From IMG/VR virus record IMGVR_UViG_3300027792_000307, positions 866 through 64,865 of that record: a stretch of 64,000 bases of DNA; one strand, 5' to 3'. The position numbers and the translations under genes are program-made. This stretch comes from a virus (taxonomy: Duplodnaviria > Heunggongvirae > Uroviricota > Caudoviricetes). This document shows positions 29,100 through 38,183 of the stretch, one piece after another; within the stretch, counting starts at the first letter, position 1, and each line of letters starts with the position of its first letter. The notes under the pieces were generated by a model. That model saw only the letters and a program-made list of their open reading frames with translations, made no database searches and had not been told where the DNA came from.

Positions 29100-29452
29100 C
29101 GACAGGACAATTTGCTATATGTGATTGCTGTAAAAGAATTGTTGCCACAGAAAAATGTGAATTATGTGGGGGAGATATGTGTAACAACCATACTACTTTT
29201 ATAGCATTAAATGTTGGTGACTCTTCAGATTGTGAATTTGGATTTATTTTTCAAAGTAGTTTGGGGGATATGAAGATATGCACTAATTGTAGAGATAGAT
29301 TAAGAAAATTCGGAGAATGTATAAAATCTGCCTTAAATATAGGTAGACATAATGAACAGAGAGCAACAAAAGACCAACGGAAAATAAGGAAGGAGATATG
29401 TAATAAGATATTATCAATAGTTTACGAGGAGGAAAAGGTGTTCGTAATATGA
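29096..29452 (+). CDS. Cys-rich (B-box-like) hypothetical protein
   Basis: CDCCKR..CELCGGDMCNNH..C..C. Confidence 0.5.
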   Translation: MTTGQFAICDCCKRIVATEKCELCGGDMCNNHTTFIALNVGDSSDCEFGFIFQSSLGDMKICTNCRDRLRKFGECIKSALNIGRHNEQRATKDQRKIRKEICNKILSIVYEEEKVFVI

Positions 29453-29661
29453 GAGTAGGAAAATATTATAGAGTTACAAACAAAAGACTTAAAGAGGAAT
29501 TCGTTTTAAAATGTATTGGTAAGAATTTGGTGTATCTTTATTGGAGAAATACTCCAAGAAATGCTAGCCCACATTATCTTGGAGAATGTGAATTTCCTTA
29601 CGAGGAAGGAGATGTGGAGATAGAGCTAAAGAAAACCCAGGTATTTATGGAAGTGATATGA
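29449..29661 (+). CDS. small protein, array member (tail VFMEVI)
   Basis: ATGA overlaps both ends. Confidence 0.55.
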   Translation: MRVGKYYRVTNKRLKEEFVLKCIGKNLVYLYWRNTPRNASPHYLGECEFPYEEGDVEIELKKTQVFMEVI

Positions 29662-29927
29662 TGGATAAAATGATAGGAAAGTTTATAAGAGATAAGGAAA
29701 CCGGAGATATAGGACAAATAATTGAATTAAAGGATTATACATATGGATGGAGATACAAAAAGAAAAGGATATACTATCTGATAAGATGGATTCATTTTGA
29801 AGATAAGTCTTGGCACAAGTCAATTAGAAAAGAGAATTACGCTCAATACACACCAGAAAACATATCTGAACCAAATGGTAGGTTCGAGATATTAACTGGC
29901 AGCGAGGCAATGTTCTATGTCATTTAA
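29658..29927 (+). CDS. small protein, array member (degenerate tail)
   Basis: ATGA-overlap start; followed by 145-bp intergenic region. Confidence 0.5.
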   Translation: MMDKMIGKFIRDKETGDIGQIIELKDYTYGWRYKKKRIYYLIRWIHFEDKSWHKSIRKENYAQYTPENISEPNGRFEILTGSEAMFYVI

Positions 29928-30072
29928 AAAACCCACCCGAAGAAATACAGGAAAAAACCTCGAAATTACGTAAATTTCTACATTTAAGACCAAAAATGAG
30001 GTAAAACCACCGAAAAGTATATAAACCCCACCTTCCTATTAGATATTTTATGAGGAGAAAAAGTAAATTAAT

Positions 30073-30342
30073 ATGAGTAACAATAAACAATCTAATAGAG
30101 TAAAAAAAGATTCAACTCTTACTACAGTTAATTGTTTTTTCTGTGGTAGAAATATAAAATATAAATATGATATTATTAGTCCAGAGGAATTATATAGTCT
30201 TTGGGGTATTATAAAATATGAGTCTGTATGTATGTGTGCAACATGTCAACATTTATATGAGGAACAACAGGAAGAAAAGGAATTAGATAGAATAAGACAA
30301 GAAGATGGATATGATTATTACTGGGAAGTAAGTAATCCTTAA
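30073..30342 (+). CDS. zinc-ribbon hypothetical protein
   Basis: CFFCGR..CMCATCQH. Confidence 0.5.
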   Translation: MSNNKQSNRVKKDSTLTTVNCFFCGRNIKYKYDIISPEELYSLWGIIKYESVCMCATCQHLYEEQQEEKELDRIRQEDGYDYYWEVSNP

Positions 30343-30357
30343 CCCTGTTGGATTTTT

Positions 30358-30888
30358 ATGAAGAATAAAATGAATAAATTAAGGACTTCTGGATATAGAA
30401 GTCAAAATGGATTCGATAATCTATTGGCTGAATTAGACAATTCCAGTTTAAAATTCTTAAGTAGTAAATATAATAGAGATTTAGTATATTATAGAATACA
30501 TCATAATCTTAATGACCAAACATACGCTCAAGAATACAAAGAAATGCAACAAAGAAAGAGTATGGTTGATCAAGAGATTAAAAATAGGAAAAGATATGGA
30601 ACTGCAATTACTGGTTCTTATAATGAAGTTAGGTTTAATTCAGAAACAGGTTGTGTAATAGATTCCGATAATAATGTATTAGAAGAACTTGCTTACAATG
30701 AAACCGAGACCGAGATAATTAATTTACCTTCTGGAACTAAAGGAAAGAAAGAAGATTATCCAGAATGGGAAAATCTATCAGATACATTAGATGACGACCC
30801 AACATTCGAATATACATTAAAAGATGAGGTTGAGTTATCCTGGGAAGATTGGTGTAAAAAGAAGAAATTGGTAAAATCAAATGACTAG
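30358..30888 (+). CDS. hypothetical protein
   Basis: 176-aa ORF. Confidence 0.55.
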   Translation: MKNKMNKLRTSGYRSQNGFDNLLAELDNSSLKFLSSKYNRDLVYYRIHHNLNDQTYAQEYKEMQQRKSMVDQEIKNRKRYGTAITGSYNEVRFNSETGCVIDSDNNVLEELAYNETETEIINLPSGTKGKKEDYPEWENLSDTLDDDPTFEYTLKDEVELSWEDWCKKKKLVKSND

Positions 30889-31456
30889 TGGAGACATAAA
30901 GTTCAGAAAAAAAGGCTCTAAAGAACCTATAACTAAAAGAGCCAAAAGCAATTATCCTTTATATAAACTCGCAAGAGATTTGAAATTAGAAGAAATTACA
31001 ATGCTCATAACAGATAGAAGAAATAAAATAAAGTATGAGCAAGATTATAGTAAAATATTAGAATATAAAGAAGATATCCTTTTATTAGAGGATATGTATA
31101 AGATTAAAAGAGCCGAAGATGTGGCTGTTCTCAACAGATGGAAAGATGAGAATATAGATATATTATATTCTACTGTTCTTGGAGCAAGAGTTGGTTGTAT
31201 GATATCTTATTTAGGATTTACAGGTTCTCTATATAAAGACGAAGGAATTAAATTATCAGAAGGTCTATTTCAAGAGGATATGGAAACAAATATAGATATT
31301 ATCGCAGCCTCAATAGTAATAGAAATATTAGATTATTATAATGCAAAATTTGATGAGAATATATTAATAACTACTTATGATTTAGACAAGGGTTTATTAT
31401 ATAAAATTCATTTCTCTCTTCATAATTGGTGTAAAAAAAATTATTGGAAAAATTAG
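30881..31456 (+). CDS. hypothetical protein
   Basis: 191-aa ORF. Confidence 0.55.
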   Translation: MTSGDIKFRKKGSKEPITKRAKSNYPLYKLARDLKLEEITMLITDRRNKIKYEQDYSKILEYKEDILLLEDMYKIKRAEDVAVLNRWKDENIDILYSTVLGARVGCMISYLGFTGSLYKDEGIKLSEGLFQEDMETNIDIIAASIVIEILDYYNAKFDENILITTYDLDKGLLYKIHFSLHNWCKKNYWKN

Positions 31457-31565
31457 GTGAAACATATGGTAGAAGACAAAGAAAAAGAAAAAATTAGAAG
31501 CAGACATACAGACAAGCCAAAAAAAGCCAAGAGCATTTTAGAATGGATATTCGGAGAGCGATAAA

Positions 31566-32462
31566 ATGTTCGGAGTAATTTTAGGAGTATTCTTTTTAAT
31601 CGTTGCTATTGTAGCAATATTTTTGAAAAGAATGGATAAAAATGACGGTCCGTTACTTCCACAGAAGTTATGGTCAATAATTATCATTGGATCGTTAATT
31701 ATTTGTCCATTATCTATTTTAGGATTTGATTGTATTGTTACGGTGGACGCTGGAACTGTAGGAGTTCAGAATACATTTGGAAGTATCTCTCCAGAAGAGT
31801 TATCTCCTGGAATAGCATTTAAGAATCCATTTACAGATGTAATTCAATATTCAACACAAACACAGCAAGTATTTGAAATATCGTCCGTTCCATCCAAGGA
31901 AGGACTTATAGTTACATTGGATGTATCAATTCTATATAAGATTATGCCAACTAAAGCGGACGAAATAGCACAAAAATTGGGAGTTGAATATTCAGATACA
32001 GTTATAATATCTCAATTAAGATCTGTTGTTAGAGAAATCACAGCAAAATATGAAGCGAAGGCTCTATATACAGTTGGAAGGGAAAACATTACAAACGAGA
32101 TTTTTGATGTTTTAGAACCAGTATTAGCAGAGAGGGGAATTATTCTTGAGAAAGTTCTATTGAGAGATTTGCAGTTACCTTCAACCGTTACAACTTCTAT
32201 TGAAAAGAAATTAGCGGCAGAACAGGAAGCTCTACAAATGCAATTCGTTCTACAAAAGGAAACGCAGGAAGCTGAACGGAAAAGAGTTGAGGCACGAGGA
32301 ATCGCAGATGCACAGGCAATTATCCACGAAAGTTTAACACCGGCTTACTTAACGTGGTATTTCATTAGCCACTTGAAAGACATGGAAGGAACTTATTTTG
32401 TTCCACTCGGTAACAATGGACTGCCATTATTCTTTGATATGCAAGGTTTAATTAAGAATTAA
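31566..32462 (+). CDS. SPFH/band-7 (stomatin/prohibitin-like) membrane protein
   Basis: N-terminal TM helices followed by band-7 core (..VTVDAGTVGVQNTFG..VIQYSTQTQQVFEISSVPSKEGLIVTLDVSILYKI..) and C-terminal coiled-coil with AEQEA/EAERKR. Confidence 0.75.
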   Translation: MFGVILGVFFLIVAIVAIFLKRMDKNDGPLLPQKLWSIIIIGSLIICPLSILGFDCIVTVDAGTVGVQNTFGSISPEELSPGIAFKNPFTDVIQYSTQTQQVFEISSVPSKEGLIVTLDVSILYKIMPTKADEIAQKLGVEYSDTVIISQLRSVVREITAKYEAKALYTVGRENITNEIFDVLEPVLAERGIILEKVLLRDLQLPSTVTTSIEKKLAAEQEALQMQFVLQKETQEAERKRVEARGIADAQAIIHESLTPAYLTWYFISHLKDMEGTYFVPLGNNGLPLFFDMQGLIKN

Positions 32463-32495
32463 TAGTTTAATGTAAGAAAAAAAGGAGAACAAAAA

Positions 32496-33158
32496 ATGAG
32501 CAAAGTATTAACAGAAGATATGTTCGACGAAATTTTATCGTCAGGACCAAAGCAGTATTTCTTCCAAAAGGAAGAAGATGGTGAAGTAACAATTGTATTT
32601 CAATCGGAGATACGAGTTACTGATCCAGGTGAAGAAGATATAGTTGGACGGGTTTGGAATCCGCCAGTTACGGATGCCAATGGAAATCCCATCCTAAATT
32701 TCCGTGGAGAACCAAGATTACCTTGGTCCAAAGTAGAAGCGGAAGCAATTATCAAAGGAGCACCGATGGTTTATTCTTTCGGTGGTAAGGAAACAAACCT
32801 TTGTAAAGCGTGGATTTCAGCTTTCAGAGCCAACGAAATTCCAGCAAAAGAATTGCCAGGAACAAAATGGACCGCAATGAAAACTGGCAAGTGGAATTGG
32901 ACTATTCGGTACATTGGAAGGGAGGAAATTACCTCCACTCCCTCTCCAACCGGTCCAGATATTAGTGGGGTTAAACAAATTTTATCAGATTTAAAAGTAA
33001 AAAATCCAATGGTAACTAAAGGGGTTCAAAAGAGCCAATTAGTTAAAACTGTGGCGTTGTTATCAGGTAAATCCCAAGATGAAGTTGAGGGAATGTGGTC
33101 TAAATTAGTTAGAGAGAAAATTGTAGTGGAAAAGGACGGGAAGGTATCCGTTCTCTAA
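32496..33158 (+). CDS. hypothetical protein
   Basis: 220-aa ORF, aaaaggagaacaaaaaATG SD. Confidence 0.55.
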   Translation: MSKVLTEDMFDEILSSGPKQYFFQKEEDGEVTIVFQSEIRVTDPGEEDIVGRVWNPPVTDANGNPILNFRGEPRLPWSKVEAEAIIKGAPMVYSFGGKETNLCKAWISAFRANEIPAKELPGTKWTAMKTGKWNWTIRYIGREEITSTPSPTGPDISGVKQILSDLKVKNPMVTKGVQKSQLVKTVALLSGKSQDEVEGMWSKLVREKIVVEKDGKVSVL

Positions 33159-33160
33159 TT

Positions 33161-34069
33161 ATGACAACTATCAGAACACATCATGATGCAGACGGAATTA
33201 TCGCTGCATATTTCCTTTCTTTTTCGGTTCCAGACGCTATCATACAAATCTGGGATGGTCAATTCGGAGATACAACGGGTCTTAAACAGGGGGATTTCAT
33301 GACAGACATGAGACCTCTGCAAGATTTGGAAGGTCTTACGGTAATTGACCATCACTCTCCTTATCCAGAAGGGCATAAATATACATTAATTACCTCAGAA
33401 GAACCAGCTAGTTTAATTGCCTGGAAACATTGCAAGGATGTAATTCCTAAATCTCAATGGTGGAAATTAGCAATAGGATTGCTCGGGGATGGACAGCCGG
33501 AACTCATTCCTTACGAAGTGTTTGAACAATGCCCGATGCTATTAACCAAGGTAAAGACTTCTTCATACCAGGATAAATACACTTGGAAATGGAAAACCAG
33601 TTTTTTTATCTTATATAAGTTACTTTCCTCGGGAATTAATGCTCTATTACGAACTCGAGCGTATGAGACAGCTTTGAACTTGGTTAAGAAGGCAGAAACT
33701 CCAATGGATATAATGCACAACAAGGATTGTAAAATTGCCAAGGCAAAAGTAAAAGCGGAGTTCGAAACAATAAATCGAGCCTGTGAGATATTTTCATTTG
33801 ATAATCTAAAGGTTTGTATCTATGACTCCAACTTAAGAATGGCTGGATACATTGCTACGATGATGAATCTCGAAGATGAAGTTACAACTCTGGCAATTAA
33901 TAAGGCAGACGGTAGCGGCTCTTTGAGAGGCGATTTAGCATTATACTGGCGTGATGCCTTGAAGGAATTAGATTACCTCGAGATAGATGGACACCCAGGA
34001 TTTATGGGTGCAAGATTAAAAGACAAACCCGAAAGATTAATTAAAGACTTGTCGGAAAGATTGAAATGA
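33161..34069 (+). CDS. DHH-family phosphoesterase (RecJ/GAN-like)
   Basis: Motif I HHDADGI near N-terminus and motif III VIDHHSP read directly. Confidence 0.65.
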   Translation: MTTIRTHHDADGIIAAYFLSFSVPDAIIQIWDGQFGDTTGLKQGDFMTDMRPLQDLEGLTVIDHHSPYPEGHKYTLITSEEPASLIAWKHCKDVIPKSQWWKLAIGLLGDGQPELIPYEVFEQCPMLLTKVKTSSYQDKYTWKWKTSFFILYKLLSSGINALLRTRAYETALNLVKKAETPMDIMHNKDCKIAKAKVKAEFETINRACEIFSFDNLKVCIYDSNLRMAGYIATMMNLEDEVTTLAINKADGSGSLRGDLALYWRDALKELDYLEIDGHPGFMGARLKDKPERLIKDLSERLK

Positions 34070-34182
34070 ACGAAGAAACAAAACTATATGTTTGTGTTAA
34101 CAACTGTCACTTTAGATGGTGTACAAATGTTCCACCAAAAAATTGTCCTAAATGTGGAGTAAGATTACCAAATGATATCTGA
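34066..34182 (+). CDS. small zinc-ribbon protein (38 aa)
   Basis: ATGA-overlap start; CVNNCH..CPKCG. Confidence 0.35.
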   Translation: MNEETKLYVCVNNCHFRWCTNVPPKNCPKCGVRLPNDI

Positions 34183-34322
34183 AGAGATAAAAAAAGAAGA
34201 ATTGCTCGAAAAAGCGTTACCTTATACAATACTACATCCATCAATGGTTACTATGATATGTATGAGTTATAGCAATCCAGGAATGTTAATATTAAAAGGA
34301 TATTATAATACATGAGAACCTT

Positions 34323-35372
34323 ATGCAAATTCTATCAATTTTTTATGATAATATTGGAATTGGACGTGCTTTAATATTAGGAGATTCTGGAAAAACATAT
34401 AATACAAATGTAGACTTAGAAATGAATAAGGCGTGGTGTTCATGTGATTCTTATGTTTATAACAAAGACAAAGCATGTAAACATATCTCTTACTTGCTTA
34501 TGAATTTGGAGTTTGACAAAATGGTTAATAAAATTGATTCATTAGATAAATTATCCACAGGTTCAGATACAATTGATAAATTACTTGGTGGGGGTATTCC
34601 TTATGGAACTATCACCACGATTTTTGGAGAACCAAAGTGTGGCAAGTCTATGTTAGCATATCAAGTTGGAATCGCTAATATAGATAAAACAAACCTAAAA
34701 ACCCTGTATATAGATACAGAAGGAATTAGGAAGCAGGACTTTTTTTCAATCATAAATAAATTTAACTCAAGGTATAATGTGCCTCCGAAGGAATTAACGG
34801 ATAAATTCCAATATATAACAAGCCTGGCAGATTTAAAGTTAAAATCAATCCAGAAGTTATTTCAGATATTTGGTTTTCTGCCTATGATTGAAATGTCCAA
34901 AGGTGGAAGATATACAGTCCAGTTTGAAACCTGTGCTCCAACGATTAAAGAAGAGGAATGGAAGAATTATAGTATGATTATTATTGATTCTATGACAGCT
35001 CCTCTTAAAATGGCTATCGGTTCAAGCACGGCAAATCTTCCAACGAGAGCACAATTCACTGAACGGTTATTTGGTTTATTGATTGAAATAGCGATGCGAC
35101 ATAATATAGCGGTTATTGTAAACCACCACGCTTCAGTTGACCCGATGAATTTATTTGGTAGGGATTTTGGTAAGGCTTGGGGTGGAGACCCTATTCTATA
35201 CAATTCAAAATATGCCTTATTAATACTGGATGCAGATGCAAAGACCCGTAAGGAAACAAATTGGAACCACGAGGCTAGACGGGTTATGTTGATACGAAGA
35301 CCGGACGAACAAGATACGAACCAGAAATATCCGGTTAGATTAATGAAGGATTATGGGTACACAGACAAGTAA
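34323..35372 (+). CDS. SWIM-type zinc finger fused to RecA/RadA/KaiC-like ATPase
   Basis: N-terminal CSCDSYVYNKDKACKHI (CxC..CxH); Walker A GEPKCGKS; Walker B MIIIDS. Confidence 0.65.
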   Translation: MQILSIFYDNIGIGRALILGDSGKTYNTNVDLEMNKAWCSCDSYVYNKDKACKHISYLLMNLEFDKMVNKIDSLDKLSTGSDTIDKLLGGGIPYGTITTIFGEPKCGKSMLAYQVGIANIDKTNLKTLYIDTEGIRKQDFFSIINKFNSRYNVPPKELTDKFQYITSLADLKLKSIQKLFQIFGFLPMIEMSKGGRYTVQFETCAPTIKEEEWKNYSMIIIDSMTAPLKMAIGSSTANLPTRAQFTERLFGLLIEIAMRHNIAVIVNHHASVDPMNLFGRDFGKAWGGDPILYNSKYALLILDADAKTRKETNWNHEARRVMLIRRPDEQDTNQKYPVRLMKDYGYTDK

Positions 35373-35691
35373 TAGTTATTATCCAAGCAATATTATTATA
35401 AATCCGGCAGTTTGCCAAAGTTTAATGAGTGGTAACTATACTTATACTAATACTTCATCAAATATTAGTTCTGGATTTTTTACGATATCTGGTAATAGTA
35501 GTGCCTACGGAAATTGGGAACCACCTGCAATTCCAGAATCCCAACAAAGAATAGAAATCACATTTAAAGATGGTGGAACTATGGTTATGTCTTTAAAAGA
35601 CTATACTATATTCGTTGCTTTGCACGGAAAATCTCCGTCTGAATGCACGAAGCAAGAATATGAGGAATTAAGTTTTGGAGAGAGAGTATGA
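35353..35691 (+). CDS. hypothetical protein
   Basis: 112-aa ORF overlapping upstream gene end by 20 nt. Confidence 0.45.
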   Translation: MGTQTSNSYYPSNIIINPAVCQSLMSGNYTYTNTSSNISSGFFTISGNSSAYGNWEPPAIPESQQRIEITFKDGGTMVMSLKDYTIFVALHGKSPSECTKQEYEELSFGERV

Positions 35692-35813
35692 GAATAATAA
35701 GAAGTTGTCCAAATTGCCACAGAAAGTTAGATATACAGCATATGGTTTATGCTTGCCCATTTTGTGGTTGTGCAATAATCGATGAAGAAGGATACGGAGG
35801 ATTGGTAATATAG
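35688..35813 (+). CDS. small zinc-ribbon protein (41 aa)
   Basis: ATGA-overlap start; CPNCHRK..CPFCGC. Confidence 0.4.
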   Translation: MRIIRSCPNCHRKLDIQHMVYACPFCGCAIIDEEGYGGLVI

Positions 35814-36082
35814 GAAACATAAAAGACAACAAAATTAAAAAATATGCCCGAGAAATTATAGAGAAGTTTCCAGACAGAGTTTCTCTGGACTTTAACAAGA
35901 ATAAACTGCTTCTAAATGAAATCTGCGATATCCACGGAAAAATCTATAGAAACAGAATTGCTGGTTGTATAGTTTCAGAATTGAAAACCCAAGGAAATAC
36001 CTACGAAAATATTAAACGGGAACTTTATGAGAATAAAAATAAGCGGAAACGAAGGAAAGTGAAGGAAGAAGGAATTATATGA
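35810..36082 (+). CDS. ribosomal protein eS17 (S17e) homologue; no ATG/GTG/TTG start, apparent ATA (or ATT) initiation 9 nt after GGAGG
   Basis: Translation IGNIKDNKIKKYAREIIEKFPDRVSLDFNKNKLLLNEICDIHGKIYRNRIAGCIVSELK.. matches the conserved S17e pattern (MGxIR..ARE.IEK(F/Y)..(S/T).DF..NK....E......K.RNRIAG(Y/C)(I/V)). Missed by the ORF track; stop overlaps next ATG (attatATGA). Confidence 0.6.
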   Translation: MGNIKDNKIKKYAREIIEKFPDRVSLDFNKNKLLLNEICDIHGKIYRNRIAGCIVSELKTQGNTYENIKRELYENKNKRKRRKVKEEGII

Positions 36083-36786
36083 GAGATAAATTAAGTAAAT
36101 TTCGAGGCAAATTATCTTGTCCTCGTTGTAATGCTATGTGCGATTCGGAAGAACTATTAGATAGACACAGAGAATATCTCCACGGAGAATACAAATCTAA
36201 CGACGAAAAATACAAACGATATGAGAAGACAACTAAAAGCAAGCGGAAATTAGCAATCAATATAGGAAAGCACCCGCCAAGGAAGGAATGGATTCTAAAA
36301 ACCCCAACCAAACAGATGTTTATCTGGGATTGTTGGGATGGTTGCTACTATCAATATCATAAAGGAATTGGATTAATAGATGACCTCGATACAGTTGTTG
36401 TGGACGAGAGTTCAGATTACTTCAAAACTTTGATGAAGATAATCAACAAGGAATTGCCTTTGAGCAAGATAGTTCCTCAACCGATGAAAACCAAAGCCCA
36501 CGGATTGCCTTGGATTCCATTACCAGCGAAGATGAAGAAACTGCCAAAGGATTGTATACTTTGTGGAAGTTGCCACCAAATTATTAAAGTTATTGGTCCG
36601 CCTATAACTAATTTAACATTATGCCCCAATTGTGGGAGGAAGTTACCATATGAAGAGCCAAAAAGTAAGAAAAATAGACCCAAACAGGTGCAACAAAAAG
36701 CTCCTGGAATACAGCCAAAACAAGATAGAAAACGGGTGGGTAAAAAGAAACCTACTAAAGTGGAAGCAAGACAGCATCGCAAATAA
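36079..36786 (+). CDS. C2H2-zinc-finger protein with basic C-terminal tail
   Basis: CPRCNAMCDSEELLDRHREYLH (C2H2); C-terminal K/R/Q-rich tail overlaps next ORF. Confidence 0.55.
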   Translation: MRDKLSKFRGKLSCPRCNAMCDSEELLDRHREYLHGEYKSNDEKYKRYEKTTKSKRKLAINIGKHPPRKEWILKTPTKQMFIWDCWDGCYYQYHKGIGLIDDLDTVVVDESSDYFKTLMKIINKELPLSKIVPQPMKTKAHGLPWIPLPAKMKKLPKDCILCGSCHQIIKVIGPPITNLTLCPNCGRKLPYEEPKSKKNRPKQVQQKAPGIQPKQDRKRVGKKKPTKVEARQHRK

Positions 36787-37045
36787 ATCCTTAATAGAAG
36801 GAACCGACCCATTCTACACATACAAGGAATATAAGTATGCTAGAATTGTTGCTGGTTATTTACCGCAGGATATTCCAGAGTGTTGGAGAGTCAAATGCGT
36901 GGTAGAAGCTTACGATGAATTATTTGTAATAGATAAAGAAAAGAAAGAAGCGAAACAGAATGAGAAAGATGGAATAAAAACCATTAAGACAGAAAAGAGA
37001 ACCAAATTTGATTTTGGTAAGATAAAAGAGAAAAATAAGAGGTGA
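36632..37045 (+). CDS. hypothetical protein (overlaps previous gene by ~150 nt in another frame; start uncertain)
   Basis: 137-aa protein-like ORF; no alternative downstream start. Confidence 0.4.
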   Translation: MGGSYHMKSQKVRKIDPNRCNKKLLEYSQNKIENGWVKRNLLKWKQDSIANKSLIEGTDPFYTYKEYKYARIVAGYLPQDIPECWRVKCVVEAYDELFVIDKEKKEAKQNEKDGIKTIKTEKRTKFDFGKIKEKNKR

Positions 37046-37302
37046 TATATATAATTTGTCCAAAATGCAACGAAGGCCAATTTATGGCCAAAGGCAGCCG
37101 AATGTCCAAGCGAACTGGCTACTGGACAAGAACCCGTATCTGCGATAAATGCGGATACAAAACTATAACTATAGAAGTTAGTAGAGACCAATTCGGGCTT
37201 GAAATGGATCTTCTAAATGAGTTCCAAGATGCGATGGAAAGGTATGCATTTAAGAAATCGGAGATGGAAAAGCCTGCGGATGCAGATAAAGATGTGGCAT
37301 AA
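37042..37302 (+). CDS. zinc-ribbon protein (GTG start)
   Basis: CPKCNEGQ..(22)..CDKCGYK. Confidence 0.5.
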   Translation: MIYIICPKCNEGQFMAKGSRMSKRTGYWTRTRICDKCGYKTITIEVSRDQFGLEMDLLNEFQDAMERYAFKKSEMEKPADADKDVA

Positions 37303-37418
37303 AAAATGTATAATATATTAGATAAGTTTAACGAAAAACTATCTAATATAGCATACTTTTTAACAAAAACTCAATTTAAGCCATATTATACTAGGAAAAA
37401 TAGTCTTAAGGAGGGAAC

Positions 37419-37709
37419 ATGGAAATAAAAGAGTTATGTAAGAGGGCACACGAAACAGCAGCTAAAAAAGGATTTTGGAAAGAACCGAGGGCAATTTCTG
37501 AATTACTTATGCTTGTAGTTACTGAATTGGGAGAAGCTTGTGAGGCTGATAGAAAAGGGGACGAGGCTAACTTCCGAGAAGAAATAGCTGATACATTCAT
37601 ACGTTTATTTGATATGGTTGAAGCATTGGATATTGATATCGAGGAAGAAATTCTTAAGAAGATGAAAATTAATGAAGGAAGGCCGATGAAGCATGGGAAA
37701 CGGTACTAA
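37419..37709 (+). CDS. MazG-like nucleoside triphosphate pyrophosphohydrolase
   Basis: ELGEACEA..(n)..EEIADTFIRLFDM..IDIEEEILKKMKINEGR matches MazG EExxE/D motifs; taaggagggaacATG SD. Confidence 0.7.
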   Translation: MEIKELCKRAHETAAKKGFWKEPRAISELLMLVVTELGEACEADRKGDEANFREEIADTFIRLFDMVEALDIDIEEEILKKMKINEGRPMKHGKRY

Positions 37710-37923
37710 ATTTAGGATAAAACAAAGACCTGGGCATTCAAATAGTTCAATTACCTTCTATTGTGTATGTAAAAAAGTTCCATTACTTCCTTTATATATA
37801 GAAGAAGAATCGTTTATTAAATTAAAAGATGCTATAGAAAAGAAAAAAGAGTTGATGGAAAGAAAAGGAAAAATAAAAAGTAAGTGGATAACAGAAGAGG
37901 AACAATTTGCGGAGATATTATGA
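37693..37923 (+). CDS. small protein, array member (tail QFAEIL)
   Basis: 3' end caatttgcggagatattATGA. Confidence 0.5.
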   Translation: MGNGTKFRIKQRPGHSNSSITFYCVCKKVPLLPLYIEEESFIKLKDAIEKKKELMERKGKIKSKWITEEEQFAEIL

Positions 37924-38183
37924 TAGAAGAAGAATATCCAAAATATAAGATAAAAAAAGTATATAGTTCATTATATCCTTCATATAGAATATACATTCTT
38001 CATGAAAAAGAAGTCGGCTTTTTTAATAAGAGAATTGAAAGAGAATATAAGGTGCATTGGGCTAGTCTAGATTTTCCAACTTTAAATGCAGCGATTGAAC
38101 AACTTAAGAGAATAAAGGAAGCTGATGAAAAGAAAGATGGAGAGTGGATTACTCCCGAAGAACTTATGTTGGAGCAACTATGA
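37920..38183 (+). CDS. small protein, array member (tail LMLEQL)
   Basis: ATGA overlaps both ends. Confidence 0.5.
   Translation: MIEEEYPKYKIKKVYSSLYPSYRIYILHEKEVGFFNKRIEREYKVHWASLDFPTLNAAIEQLKRIKEADEKKDGEWITPEELMLEQL

Noticed and set aside
35688-35813. 41-aa zinc-ribbon ORF upstream of eS17 as a zinc-ribbon ribosomal protein (S27a/L40e/L37ae)
   Set aside because: It lacks the K/R-rich character of ribosomal zinc-ribbon proteins and ends in an acidic, Gly-rich tail (IDEEGYGGLVI). It is treated as one of the many generic small zinc-ribbon ORFs.
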